Source: Polyangiaceae bacterium (lineage in GTDB: Bacteria > Myxococcota_A > Polyangia > Polyangiales > Polyangiaceae). Taken from it: DNA of 64,000 bases. A model generated the notes under the pieces. That model had not been told where the DNA came from. It saw nothing but the letters and a program-made list of their open reading frames with translations, and ran no database searches. A program made the position numbers and the translations under genes. Shown here piece after piece: positions 29,423-38,746 of this stretch (positions are counted from its first letter, which is position 1; every line of letters begins with the position of its first letter). The DNA is taken from contig JANRKO010000006.1 in NCBI GenBank assembly GCA_033763455.1, positions 256,001 to 320,000 of the forward strand. The letters run 5' to 3'.

Positions 29423-29498
29423 TGGGGTGGATGACGGGAATTGAACCCGCGACGACCGGAATCACAATCCGGTGCTCTACCACTGAGCTACACCCACC
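29423..29498 (-). tRNA. tRNA-His (GTG)
   Basis: The reverse complement is GGTGGGTGTAGCTCAGTGGTAGAGCACCGGATTGTGATTCCGGTCGTCGCGGGTTCAATTCCCGTCATCCACCCCA. It folds as a cloverleaf with GTG anticodon, G-1:C73 pair and encoded CCA. Confidence 0.97.
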
Positions 29499-29576
29499 AG
29501 AACCCGGGCCAGCGCCCGGCTAGTAAGGAGCGAGCGTGTAGCCCATCGCAGCCGTCCGCATCAAGGGGCCCAGTGC

Positions 29577-30629
29577 TCAAACTTTCCAAAACCTCCGAGC
29601 TTGGGCTTTGGCTCGCTCCAGATCCTGTCGGTGAGCCTCCCCAAGTAGTGGCGTAGACGACGGCTTTTTCGCTCGTGGGCCGCCTGAGGCTCCATGCGCG
29701 AGGGGCGCCCCCAAACCGCCAAGAAGCGCCTCTAAACCTTCCTGGATCCCCTGCAGATCGTAGCCACCTTCTAGCAGGACGGCGATGGGTGTCTCGGGTG
29801 GCGCCGCGGACGCCAGCGTTCGGCCCATCTCGAAATACCCGGCTCGGCCGAGTTCCATCCCGCCCAGTGGATCCAGGCGGTGGGCATCAAAGCCAGCGCT
29901 TATGATCCATGCGTCCGCATCGAACTGCCGTAGAACGGGAACTACCAGCTCCTCGAAGGCGGTCGCGTACACCTCATCCCCCGCACCTTGAGTAAGCGGC
30001 ACGTTGAGGTTGAACCCGAGCCCTCGCCCTTCACCCACGTCGGATGCTCGCCCCGTTCCTGGATACTGCGGCCACTCGTGTAGCGAGACGTACAGCACGC
30101 GTGGGTCAGAGTAGAAGATCTGCTCGGTGCCATTGCCGTGATGTACGTCAATATCTAAGATCGCGATACGATTAGCACCTTCAGTTAACGCCACTGCAGC
30201 ACTCACGGCGGCGTTGTTGAGCAGGCAGAATCCCATGGCTCGGTCGGGAAGGGCGTGGTGGCCCGGTGGGCGAACGAGAGCCACGCCAAGTTTCGCTTCT
30301 CGGTTGCAGCGTAAGTGGCGAACGAGTTGCACCGAAGCCCCGGCCGCGCGTCTGGCGGCGGCCACCGAATGTTCTGAGTGGAAGGTATCCGCATCAAGAA
30401 ACCCGCGCCGGTCGGCCAAATGGTCGAGCTCATCCAAGTAGGTGCAAGTGTGCACAAGGCCTAGCTCTTCTGCTGTGGCGTCAATCACCCGAAGCGGATC
30501 AACATCGAACGCTGCCATTGCCTGGCGTGCCGCGTGAAGCCGTTCCGGGCGTTCGGGATGTGCGCTTGGAGCAACGTGCTTATCGAAGAGTTCATCGTCG
30601 AGTAGAACGACGGGCAAAGCCGTGGCCAT
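29577..30629 (-). CDS. Histone deacetylase-family (Zn-dependent) protein
   Basis: HPERPER, RPPGHHA, GFC, DIDVHHGNGT, SAGFDAH..DPLG and LEGGY. Start set at ATG 30629. Confidence 0.95.
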   Translation of the reverse strand: MATALPVVLLDDELFDKHVAPSAHPERPERLHAARQAMAAFDVDPLRVIDATAEELGLVHTCTYLDELDHLADRRGFLDADTFHSEHSVAAARRAAGASVQLVRHLRCNREAKLGVALVRPPGHHALPDRAMGFCLLNNAAVSAAVALTEGANRIAILDIDVHHGNGTEQIFYSDPRVLYVSLHEWPQYPGTGRASDVGEGRGLGFNLNVPLTQGAGDEVYATAFEELVVPVLRQFDADAWIISAGFDAHRLDPLGGMELGRAGYFEMGRTLASAAPPETPIAVLLEGGYDLQGIQEGLEALLGGLGAPLAHGASGGPRAKKPSSTPLLGEAHRQDLERAKAQARRFWKV

Positions 30630-30767
30630 AGTGTTCCTTTTTGCGCGATGATGGTATGGTCTAATCTTATCCGATGCGCGCCTCGGCGGATCGGCAGTTG
30701 GGCAAGCGCCCCGCACCGTCCTGGTCGAAGCGCTTGCTGAGGTAGCAGCTACAGGGGCCAATTCGAA

Positions 30768-32234
30768 ATGCGCTGGAAGATTATTGCAGTCAACGCCATC
30801 ACCATGCTCCTCATTGGGCTTGGTATCTTCGGCCTGCTTATGAAATCTCTCTCTCGGGTGGTCTCAGATCCGGGAGCGCGTAAGCAGGAGGTTTCTAGGG
30901 CTTTGCGCTCGGCCAACGCGCAGCTCGCGCTAGACGCATCCAGGCTGGAACGCTGGCTAGCGGTCAATTCAGGCAAGGATGCGATCCGGTCTGTCTTCGC
31001 CGCAGGCACCGAAAGCGCCCGCCAGGATAGCGCTTCGAAGCAAGCGGATGAGCTAAGCGGAGCGATTTCGGCCGACCCGGGGCTCGATAAGATGGCCGCC
31101 TCGTTAGTGCTGTTCGCGGATGCGCAGGGCGTGGTGTTGGGCAAGAACGGCTCGGCGTTAATGCGCGGGGAGAAGCTTGCGGACATCTATCCAACCCTGA
31201 AGAGTGTTCTATCGAAAGGTTTGCCCACGGCCAGTGAGGTTTGGCTCAATCGTGAACGCAACGAGCAGTTATTGGTCGCCTACGCGGCGGTGCGTGCTGA
31301 GGACGGTGCGGTCCTCGGGGCCGTTGTTGCTGGGATGCCTCTAAACGACGAACGGATGCTTCGTACGAGCGATCTAACCAGCGGGTTGAGTTTGGCAGCG
31401 GCAGTGCCAGGGCCCAAAGGGTTGGAGTTAGTTGCACATAGCAGTAGCGCCTCACGTGAGGTGATGGCTTCGGCGAACTCTCCTGAGATCCTCGCGGCAG
31501 CCGTTGCCGCTCAGAAGACATCCAGCTTGAGCGTCTCGGACGCCGTGATTAACGGTTATGTCTACGGAGCCTCTCCAATCCAAGGCTATGGGTCGACTCC
31601 CTTGGTGCTTCTTGCCGCGGTGCCCGTCGCACTTGTTCCTGATTTTCTGAGCTCGCTAGGAGTTCCCATCCTCGGCATGACGCTGCTCGGTTTGGTTTTG
31701 GTCGTGGCTGGTGGGTTCCTATTGGGCAACTACATCTCGCGCCCAATTTCCGAGCTGGAGGATGGTTTGCTGGCCATCATGAATGGGAACAGCGACTTGC
31801 GATTTCAGATCGAGCATGCGGAGTTGGGTGGCCTAGTATTTCGTATCAACTCGCTTCTGAATACCCTCATGGGGGTCGCCGAAGACGACACCGACGAGCA
31901 GGGCCGTCCTTCCCAGGCACCCTCATCAAAGGCATTTTCGGAAGCCCTCAGCGTGGACGAAAGCTCGGCTCTGGCGCAGCAAACGGATCCACAAGTGGCT
32001 GCAGCACTGGCGGCGGAAGCTCCAGCCCAATATTACGCGCGTCTGCATCAGGAGTACGTGGCGGCGAAGCGGCAGCTGGGGGATCCTGTCGAGCACATCA
32101 CTTTTGACGCTTTCGTCGCGAAAATCCGGGCGAGCGAACAACAAATGACCCAGAAGCACGGGCGCCCCGTGCGATTTCAAGTCACCCTGCGGGATAGCTC
32201 GGTGGTATTGGTCGCCGTTATCCTCCCGGGCTAA
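30768..32234 (+). CDS. Membrane protein: periplasmic sensor-like region, HAMP domain and MXAN_5187-like C-terminal domain
   Basis: Two TM segments and HAMP-like ISRPISELE...ELGGL..RIN. The C-terminal LHQEYVAAKRQLG...F..F...VRFQV resembles the MXAN_5187 C-terminal domain (from recall). Confidence 0.7.
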   Translation: MRWKIIAVNAITMLLIGLGIFGLLMKSLSRVVSDPGARKQEVSRALRSANAQLALDASRLERWLAVNSGKDAIRSVFAAGTESARQDSASKQADELSGAISADPGLDKMAASLVLFADAQGVVLGKNGSALMRGEKLADIYPTLKSVLSKGLPTASEVWLNRERNEQLLVAYAAVRAEDGAVLGAVVAGMPLNDERMLRTSDLTSGLSLAAAVPGPKGLELVAHSSSASREVMASANSPEILAAAVAAQKTSSLSVSDAVINGYVYGASPIQGYGSTPLVLLAAVPVALVPDFLSSLGVPILGMTLLGLVLVVAGGFLLGNYISRPISELEDGLLAIMNGNSDLRFQIEHAELGGLVFRINSLLNTLMGVAEDDTDEQGRPSQAPSSKAFSEALSVDESSALAQQTDPQVAAALAAEAPAQYYARLHQEYVAAKRQLGDPVEHITFDAFVAKIRASEQQMTQKHGRPVRFQVTLRDSSVVLVAVILPG

Positions 32235-32341
32235 AGTCCAGGGCTTTACCTCCAGGGGCCGCGGGCTATAAGCGCAGCCCTGAGCTTTGGTGCTCAGGGC
32301 GGTGAGGGCCGATTGGTCCCGCAAGAGCTTTGAGGAACGTC

Positions 32342-33085
32342 ATGGGTTTGCTGGATTGGTTCGGAAAAGGTAAGGGCGAAGCACCGGTTTCCAAGTCGGC
32401 TCGGGATGTGGCCCGGTACGCCAGGCTGGTGGAAAGCAAGCTATCTCAGGACTACGACCGACAGGACGCCATTGAGCAGCTTGGCAAGCTCGGCACTGCG
32501 GCGAGTTGTGAAGCGTTACTCAAGCGCTTCAACTGGTCGATGGACCCTTCCATCACTGATCAGGACGAAAAGGAGTCCGCCGCACGCGGCATCATCGCCG
32601 CGGGCAAAGTCGCGTTGGAGCCTTTGCGGGCTTACTGCAAGCGCGCCGAAAGCTTGACGTGGCCGCTCAAAATCTTAAAAGAAATCGTTGAGCCTGCTCA
32701 CTACGTCGAAGAGCTGTTGGCGGCGCTCGATCAGTTCGACACCGAATATCTCAGGAATCCGGAGCCCAAAATTCAGCTGCTCGGAGCGCTATCAGAGCAT
32801 CCAACCGAGGATGTTAGGGTCGCGTTGCTCCCGTTCGTTCAGGATGTGAGCGAGCCAGTACGTTATGCTGCGGTTGTGGCCGTTCTTGCGATCGACAACG
32901 CAGCCAGCGCGGAGGCCCTAGTGGCCGGCATTGAGCACGAAGAATCACTACGCGTGAAGAATCGCGTTGCTTCGGGCCTAGCAGAGAAGGGCTGGCCGGT
33001 GCCGCTTGAGTTGCGGGAAGCCTGTGCGGATTCGCTTCCCCCTGGGTTTAGGCTCGTCGGTGAATTCGTCCGGGCGAATTCCTAA
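32342..33085 (+). CDS. HEAT-repeat protein
   Basis: RQDAIEQLGKLG, D.SEPVRYAAV.AV and EESLRVKNRVA..L. Confidence 0.8.
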   Translation: MGLLDWFGKGKGEAPVSKSARDVARYARLVESKLSQDYDRQDAIEQLGKLGTAASCEALLKRFNWSMDPSITDQDEKESAARGIIAAGKVALEPLRAYCKRAESLTWPLKILKEIVEPAHYVEELLAALDQFDTEYLRNPEPKIQLLGALSEHPTEDVRVALLPFVQDVSEPVRYAAVVAVLAIDNAASAEALVAGIEHEESLRVKNRVASGLAEKGWPVPLELREACADSLPPGFRLVGEFVRANS

Positions 33086-33241
33086 GGCGCTCCTTTCCTC
33101 TCCAACTTGCCGACAGCTACGCCTCGGCTAGACGTCGAACGTCGCCTCACGCCCTGCGTCCTCGGGCTGTTCGCAAGACCGTGTGCTGCGAAGTCCATAG
33201 CCGAGGCGCAACAAGTCAACGACTGCAAGTTCGGCAGCGCC
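33086..33241 (-). ncRNA. Candidate structured RNA or palindromic element (unassigned)
   Basis: Nested inverted repeats in a convergent intergenic region; see findings. Confidence 0.3.
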
Positions 33242-33304
33242 CGGCGGAACCACACAAGCTGTGGCGCACTGGTCAACGCTCGCAGGCTCGCTCGGCAAAG
33301 CGTA

Positions 33305-33338
33305 CAAAAACAAAGCAATCTGCCTCCAGCTGGGCAGA
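33305..33338 (-). terminator. Putative intrinsic terminator downstream of the beta-barrel genes
   Basis: TCTGCC-N8-GGCAGA hairpin followed on the minus strand by TTGCTTTGTTTTTG. Confidence 0.5.
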
Positions 33339-33450
33339 GCACAACTCGCGCCGCATGGCGAATCCAAGGCCGCGAAGCGCGGGGCGACCAAGAGACAAAC
33401 GAACGGGCACGCTGACACACAGGCATCGCCTGCGTGTGGGCCCAGCTAAA

Positions 33451-34317
33451 CTACTCGCTGATGAGCGGCAGGGTAGGCAGATAGATGTTGTAGCTCACCG
33501 AAAGCATTTGGTTGAACTTGAACTGCCGGTCGTCTGCGTTAACTTTGTTGTCCGGGGTTTCGCCCTTGGGGCCGCCGCCGGCAACATCGAAGCCGCCCGT
33601 GTTCCAGGAGTACGGCATGCCCCGCCACTCGAAGCCGACGCCACTCCAATCGTTCACGTAGAAGGAGAACCCAAGGCCAAATGTTGGAGCGATAGCCATC
33701 CGGCTTGTCATGTTGAAGGAATTGTTGCAACCAGACTCACAATCCTCACGTTCTTTTAGCCCAACAAATGCCGGGCCACCGAACAGATAAAGATCCGAAT
33801 CCAGCACGATTCCTTGGAAAAGAGCCAGCTTCCCGCGAAACGGGACGGCGGTTAGCTGCGGGGACGCCACCCAATCGACGCCTGCGATCTGGTCTTCGAA
33901 ATTCGGGCCGAGATTATTCGCCACTAGGCGGCGCTGCAGCGAATCGGGGGGAAGGGTGCTTCGCTGCGAATTCACGTCCTGAATTTGCTTCGAGAGGTGC
34001 GTAGGGCCCTGAATGACACTGCCCGTTGCTCCCCATACGCCCAGCGCCAACCAGTCGGCAACGTTGTAGTTCAAACGCGCACCAAGAAAGATCGTGCGTT
34101 GATACTCGTCCAGCAACGTGAAGCTCGCCGAAGGAGCGATTTCAAACCGCCCCTGTCGGTAGAGCTTCAACTTCCGAACGGCCCTCGCCCCAGCGAGCGG
34201 ACCAGTCAGCAGGATCTCCTGAGCCTGGGCACTTGCTGCTCCCACCGTGAGCGATACAGCTACGCCTAGCCCAACAAGGGCTCGTTTAGCTTGTTTATAT
34301 GTGTTGTGCGTTCGCAT
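33451..34317 (-). CDS. Outer-membrane beta-barrel protein, GltA/GltB-like
   Basis: Signal peptide ending AQA, GRFEIAP...TLLDEY, P.RGKLALF, D.YLFGG and amphipathic strands ending YNIYLP. Confidence 0.8.
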   Translation of the reverse strand: MRTHNTYKQAKRALVGLGVAVSLTVGAASAQAQEILLTGPLAGARAVRKLKLYRQGRFEIAPSASFTLLDEYQRTIFLGARLNYNVADWLALGVWGATGSVIQGPTHLSKQIQDVNSQRSTLPPDSLQRRLVANNLGPNFEDQIAGVDWVASPQLTAVPFRGKLALFQGIVLDSDLYLFGGPAFVGLKEREDCESGCNNSFNMTSRMAIAPTFGLGFSFYVNDWSGVGFEWRGMPYSWNTGGFDVAGGGPKGETPDNKVNADDRQFKFNQMLSVSYNIYLPTLPLISE

Positions 34318-34340
34318 CGTCGCCTAACCTTGACCTCGCC

Positions 34341-35288
34341 TTACTTAGGCAGCTGGTACTCGAAGGTGGGGGGAAGGAAAAAGGATACGCCAGCCTGGGC
34401 CTGAACGTTCCAAGTGAGTGATTTGTCGCCGAGCCACGTCGATTCGTCGCGCTGTGCCTCAGGCGTACTGGCAACCTCAAGGTTTTCCAGCTGATCATTG
34501 AAGGTGTAGTCCCGTACTTCGAGCACCGCTGCGAACCAGCGACTCAGGTAAATTCGAAGACCGATGCCTGCGTTGAAAGCCAGCTTGGTGCTGAACTTGA
34601 AGTTGCGGTTATCCGGGTCAATGATTGGTATGGGACGTGTGCTAATCGCTCCAACACCGCCCACGACATATGCATCGTAGTGGAAGATGAAGTCCTGAAA
34701 GCCGGCGAATTTGCCTTGTGCTGGAACGTAGCTGAAATTCAGCGCACCGCTCCACTGGTATTCCGTCAACGGCACTGCAACACGAGCTGCGCGACGGACC
34801 TGAGCATTGAACTTGCTGTCGATGTTGAGCGGCTCGTAGTAGTTGCCGTTCACACCAATGGCCAACGCTTCACTCACGTAATAGTTCAGGCCAAGGCCTG
34901 GGCCTGGGTGACCGACGAATTGATCGTTCAACGTGAGGCCCCAATAGGGGTTCACCTCGAAGCGGCCCTTCTTCACCACGAAGCGCTGCTGCACCGCATA
35001 GACCTCTTCTACGAGGGGCCGCTTGGCCTCCTTATCGAAGTCAAGATTCGGGCACGCTTCGGGATCAATCTTGCAGATATCTCCAAGGCTGTCTTCCGCG
35101 CCTTCGGCTCCAGTGCTTTCGGAAGGTGCATCGGCCGTGGCCTCCGCACCATCTCCGTCAGTTGGAGTTTCAGCAGCTGCTGGTGTCTTTTCGTTCGTCT
35201 CGGCAGCAGCTTTGCCCTGCGCCCAACTTGTCGTCGGAAGTGCGCATAACAGAGCTGCCCCGAGGAGCCCGATGTAAGTCTTCTGCAT
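34341..35288 (-). CDS. Outer-membrane beta-barrel protein, GltB/GltA-like
   Basis: Signal peptide, acidic linker, VQQRFVVKKGRFEVNP...LNDQF, GKFAGF, EVRDY and GVSFFLP. Start set at ATG 35288. Confidence 0.82.
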   Translation of the reverse strand: MQKTYIGLLGAALLCALPTTSWAQGKAAAETNEKTPAAAETPTDGDGAEATADAPSESTGAEGAEDSLGDICKIDPEACPNLDFDKEAKRPLVEEVYAVQQRFVVKKGRFEVNPYWGLTLNDQFVGHPGPGLGLNYYVSEALAIGVNGNYYEPLNIDSKFNAQVRRAARVAVPLTEYQWSGALNFSYVPAQGKFAGFQDFIFHYDAYVVGGVGAISTRPIPIIDPDNRNFKFSTKLAFNAGIGLRIYLSRWFAAVLEVRDYTFNDQLENLEVASTPEAQRDESTWLGDKSLTWNVQAQAGVSFFLPPTFEYQLPK

Positions 35289-35404
35289 CGATGCGACTCC
35301 CGCTTTCCCTTCCGTAATCAACCGCAAGAACAACCGCGCCGGCTTGGAGTGAGATAACCACTCGGAATTATTGAAGAAAGATGCATGCCCAGCTGCCGGC
35401 GGCG

Positions 35405-35434
35405 ACTATAGCACTGAGGATTTCCTACGATCAA
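35405..35434 (-). promoter_or_regulatory. Putative sigma70-type promoter of the beta-barrel operon
   Basis: TTGATC-N18-TATAGT with an extended -10 TGn. Confidence 0.6.
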
Positions 35435-35588
35435 CCGCCAAAGTACCAGGCGTGCATTCAATTGGCGTTGACGCAGCACACCATGCGCAAGATCCCCGAG
35501 GATCGCGCGCAGGAACCCCCATCCGACCCAAGAAAACTTTGTTACACGCTCCACAGGTGCTGCTTGCTCGGACAGATGTTGGTTGACG

Positions 35589-36836
35589 TTAGGCAGCATC
35601 GGCGGACGTGTCCTTTCCAAGCAACGCTTCAACGAAGTCGTCTGGGGAGAACTCGTGCAGATCGTCAGGACGTTCGCCAAGCCCAACGAACCGGACTGGC
35701 AGCTTCAGTGTGTCGCAAATTCCGAGGATGACCCCACCTTTCGCGGTTCCATCAAGCTTCGTGAGGACCAAACCGGTGAGGGGGAGGCTTTCCTTGAATT
35801 CGCGCGCTTGAGCCAAAGCATTCTGGCCGTTCGTCGCGTCAATCACCAGAAGGACCTCATGAGGTGCGCCGTCGAGAGCCTTTGCGGCACTCTTAACGAT
35901 TTTTTGCATCTCAGACATAAGGTTGGTCTTCGTGTGGAGCCGCCCGGCTGTGTCAGCCAGCACAACCGCGACATCCTCTTCTTGACCCTTCTTGATCGCC
36001 TCGAAGATCACGCTACTTGGATCGGCGCCATCTTTTCCGCGCACCACCAGCGAGCCAGTGCGCTCTCCCCAGACGCCTAGTTGCTGAACGGCTGCAGCGC
36101 GGAAGGTATCGCCAGCGGCCAACACCGAGCGGAGGTTGTCGGCCTTTAGCTTTGCTGCCAACTTGCCGATTGTTGTCGTTTTCCCAGCGCCATTCACGCC
36201 TACCATCAACACAACGGTCGGCGTGCCTCTAAGCTTGAAGGAGCCAAACTCACCGTTTACAGAAAGGATCCGTCTGGCCTCGCTGCGAAGCGCATCCCAG
36301 ACCTGCGCCGAATCCGAGAGCTGAGAACCCTTGAGGGCCTCGCGGACGCGCCCAAGGATTACCTGAGTTGTTTCTACCCCCACGTCCGAGCTTAACAACA
36401 CCTCTTCAATCTGGTCGGCAATGTCGGCGCCAATTTGCGCCTTGCCCCCGAACAAAGCGCGCAAACGTCCAAAAATCCCCTCGTCGCTCCGTGAACGCGC
36501 CAACCCGCGTCGCATCCCCTCCACGTCTTGCACAGGAGCCAAAGACTTCCGCGGAGGCGCAGTTGTACGCTTTGCATTCTCCTGCGACGCGTCCTGCGGC
36601 GCATCGCTTGCGCCTGGCGGGATGGCTCCGGTCGCGCGCTTCTTTGACTCAGGCGGAAGCGGGCTCGCTGCGTCGACCTTGCGTGGCCCCTTATCGCCGG
36701 GCGCTTTGGCCTCGGACACAGGGAGGGGAGGTGTGGACGCAACAGGCTTCTCGGTCTCGGATTTGTTTCCTCGACCAAACAAAAGGTAAAGGCCCAGTAA
36801 TAGGGCCAAGAGGACGACGACGTATACAACTTCCAT
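35589..36836 (-). CDS. ftsY: Signal recognition particle receptor FtsY with N-terminal TM anchor
   Basis: GVNGAGKTTTIGKLA, DTFRAAA, DTAGR and TKLDGTAKGG. Start set at ATG 36836, downstream of the predicted promoter. Confidence 0.96.
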   Translation of the reverse strand: MEVVYVVVLLALLLGLYLLFGRGNKSETEKPVASTPPLPVSEAKAPGDKGPRKVDAASPLPPESKKRATGAIPPGASDAPQDASQENAKRTTAPPRKSLAPVQDVEGMRRGLARSRSDEGIFGRLRALFGGKAQIGADIADQIEEVLLSSDVGVETTQVILGRVREALKGSQLSDSAQVWDALRSEARRILSVNGEFGSFKLRGTPTVVLMVGVNGAGKTTTIGKLAAKLKADNLRSVLAAGDTFRAAAVQQLGVWGERTGSLVVRGKDGADPSSVIFEAIKKGQEEDVAVVLADTAGRLHTKTNLMSEMQKIVKSAAKALDGAPHEVLLVIDATNGQNALAQAREFKESLPLTGLVLTKLDGTAKGGVILGICDTLKLPVRFVGLGERPDDLHEFSPDDFVEALLGKDTSADAA

Positions 36837-36861
36837 CGCAAGCTCAGGGTGCGCGGAGCGG

Positions 36862-36891
36862 ACTATACGGGGCACCTGTTTCGACAGTCAA
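36862..36891 (-). promoter_or_regulatory. Putative sigma70-type promoter of ftsY
   Basis: TTGACT-N18-TATAGT, 25 bp upstream of ATG 36836. Confidence 0.65.
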
Positions 36892-36951
36892 CGTGGCCGA
36901 ACTGGTGCAGCGGCGGCTTCGCGTTGAAGAAGTGCGTGTGCTCGTCCTGAG

Positions 36952-38673
36952 TCACGAGCGCGGCTCGCGAGTTCGCGCTGCATTTTCTTTTTCCTCATCG
37001 ACTGGAATAGGTCCGAATGCGGCAGCCTCTACTGCTTCGGCCCACGCTACGACGTCTGGAGAAAGGTGCCGTTCGGCGATGCGCCCTACGTATCCGGGCG
37101 TCGGGTCGCCGGGCCTGTTCCACGGGCGGCCACGCCGCTGGGCCCAAAGCACGAGGCCATCTAAAAGTGCGCGCCGTCGCGAAATGAGTCGTACTAGCAA
37201 TTCGCCATTCGTTGGAAGCTCCTGAACCAGGGTGGAATGCCACGCGGCGGTGACGACTAGGGAAAGCGGCTGGATTCCTTCGACTGGCGCTAGGCTAAAG
37301 TAGCCCTCGCCGTTGCTGTTGGTGGTCGCGAGTGTGCCAGTCGTTCCAAAAGAGGGTGTGCGGAGAGTGAGGCAAACGTTGCTGAGTGCCGCCCCGGAGT
37401 GAGCGTCGATGACGCGCCCGTGCCAGCCTTCATCTTTTGCAAGCGGCCGCACGAACTCTAGCCCCGGGCCAGCTGGTTGCTCAGTTGTCGGTCCTGGTGG
37501 TGATAGCTCGTGGCGGCGTCCCTTCGGGCGCCACCACGCCGTCAGGATCCATCCTGACGCAAGCAACGCCCCCAGTAACCAAGGAACCACCGATGGTTCA
37601 GCACCATCCACGACCGTGACCATTTGCACCGCTGGTTTTCCCGCGGTGAGATATGGGGCGGACGGGATGAACGTGTAGCGGACTTGCACGGGGTGCTTCT
37701 CTGCGCGTTGAAACTTCAGCTGCGGTTTGGCTATCCCGTTTGTCACTGAGAATGCTCCCGCAAATACTCCGTTCACTTCCGCTTGCACCGCCCCGGTCGC
37801 AACTTGCCCGAGTGGCGAGGTCGCGGTGACAGTCGTTTGAAAGGGTTCTCCGCGCGCAGCGTCGATGGTCGCTGCGGTGGTCAGTCGAACGGGCGCGACG
37901 AGCTGCAGCTTCAGCGTTGTCTTTGCCGGTTTGAGCCAGCTGGCTCCTGAAAACGACAGGCTTATTTCCTTTGCGCCCGGCGCCCCCATGTCGCGCGAGC
38001 GAACTTCGACTTCCATCCGTTCATTCGGGCGAGCGCGCAGCTCAGCCAGTTTTCGGACCGACCCGCGATCATGCACTTCTAGCAGTAGGGGGATTTCATG
38101 CACTGCATCGTCGGAGAGAAACGCGGGGACTACAGTTGCATCGATGTGCAGAACATGACTCTGCCGGCTAACGTCGAGCGTTTCGCCAAACGTTGAGAGA
38201 GCAAGATCAAGCGAACGGCGAGTTCGATCAATGGCGAAGTCTTGGGTCTCTCCAAGTAGCCAATCGGAAGCTAACACGCGTAGCTCAACGTTTCCCGTGA
38301 GGCTCGGTTCCAAGCTTAGGCAAAAGCGACCATCAGCCCCGGAAAGCACAACCCCTTCCTCTCGCGCAGGTGATTCAGCAAGCGCGCGAGCAGCCGCGTC
38401 ATTGCAGGCGGTGGTAGCTCTGAAGCGCCGCGGCCCGCCCCCAGCAAGAACTCGAACTTCGAGGCTAGCGCCTGCCACCGGCCGGCCAGCGTCATCGGCC
38501 ACGCTGCCCCGCACTTCGAGCCGGTCCGGGAGCTCTTCCACCAGAGCACTTACTTTTGCCGTTCCTCGGACGCGCATTGTCGGGGGCGGGGCTGCCACCG
38601 CCGAAGCCGCCAGCCAGCCGATCGCAAGCGCTGCGGACGCCACCGTCCAACCTATGCGCCTAAGCACCGACAC
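36952..38673 (-). CDS. Exported single-pass protein with carboxypeptidase-regulatory-like / Ig-like domains
   Basis: Signal peptide from a GTG near 38673. G.V.DDAGRPVAGA.LEV and GRVIDA.SGA.L..V...TNSNGEGYF domains flank TM VVPWLLGALLASGWILTAWW. Confidence 0.68.
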   Translation of the reverse strand: MSVLRRIGWTVASAALAIGWLAASAVAAPPPTMRVRGTAKVSALVEELPDRLEVRGSVADDAGRPVAGASLEVRVLAGGGPRRFRATTACNDAAARALAESPAREEGVVLSGADGRFCLSLEPSLTGNVELRVLASDWLLGETQDFAIDRTRRSLDLALSTFGETLDVSRQSHVLHIDATVVPAFLSDDAVHEIPLLLEVHDRGSVRKLAELRARPNERMEVEVRSRDMGAPGAKEISLSFSGASWLKPAKTTLKLQLVAPVRLTTAATIDAARGEPFQTTVTATSPLGQVATGAVQAEVNGVFAGAFSVTNGIAKPQLKFQRAEKHPVQVRYTFIPSAPYLTAGKPAVQMVTVVDGAEPSVVPWLLGALLASGWILTAWWRPKGRRHELSPPGPTTEQPAGPGLEFVRPLAKDEGWHGRVIDAHSGAALSNVCLTLRTPSFGTTGTLATTNSNGEGYFSLAPVEGIQPLSLVVTAAWHSTLVQELPTNGELLVRLISRRRALLDGLVLWAQRRGRPWNRPGDPTPGYVGRIAERHLSPDVVAWAEAVEAAAFGPIPVDEEKENAARTREPRS

Positions 38674-38746
38674 GCACCAAGTGTGCCGACAGGCGAGCGC
38701 GGATGTCGAGTCCCGAAGCGCGAAGAGACGTGATAGGATTGAGGGA

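Noticed and set aside
29423..29498. tRNA-His as an integration site
   Set aside because: No integrase, no duplicated tRNA 3' end and no compositional shift seen in the flanks.
33082..33449. Several 60-115 aa ORFs in the convergent gap
   Set aside because: They overlap one another in several frames, lack recognisable motifs and have atypical composition.
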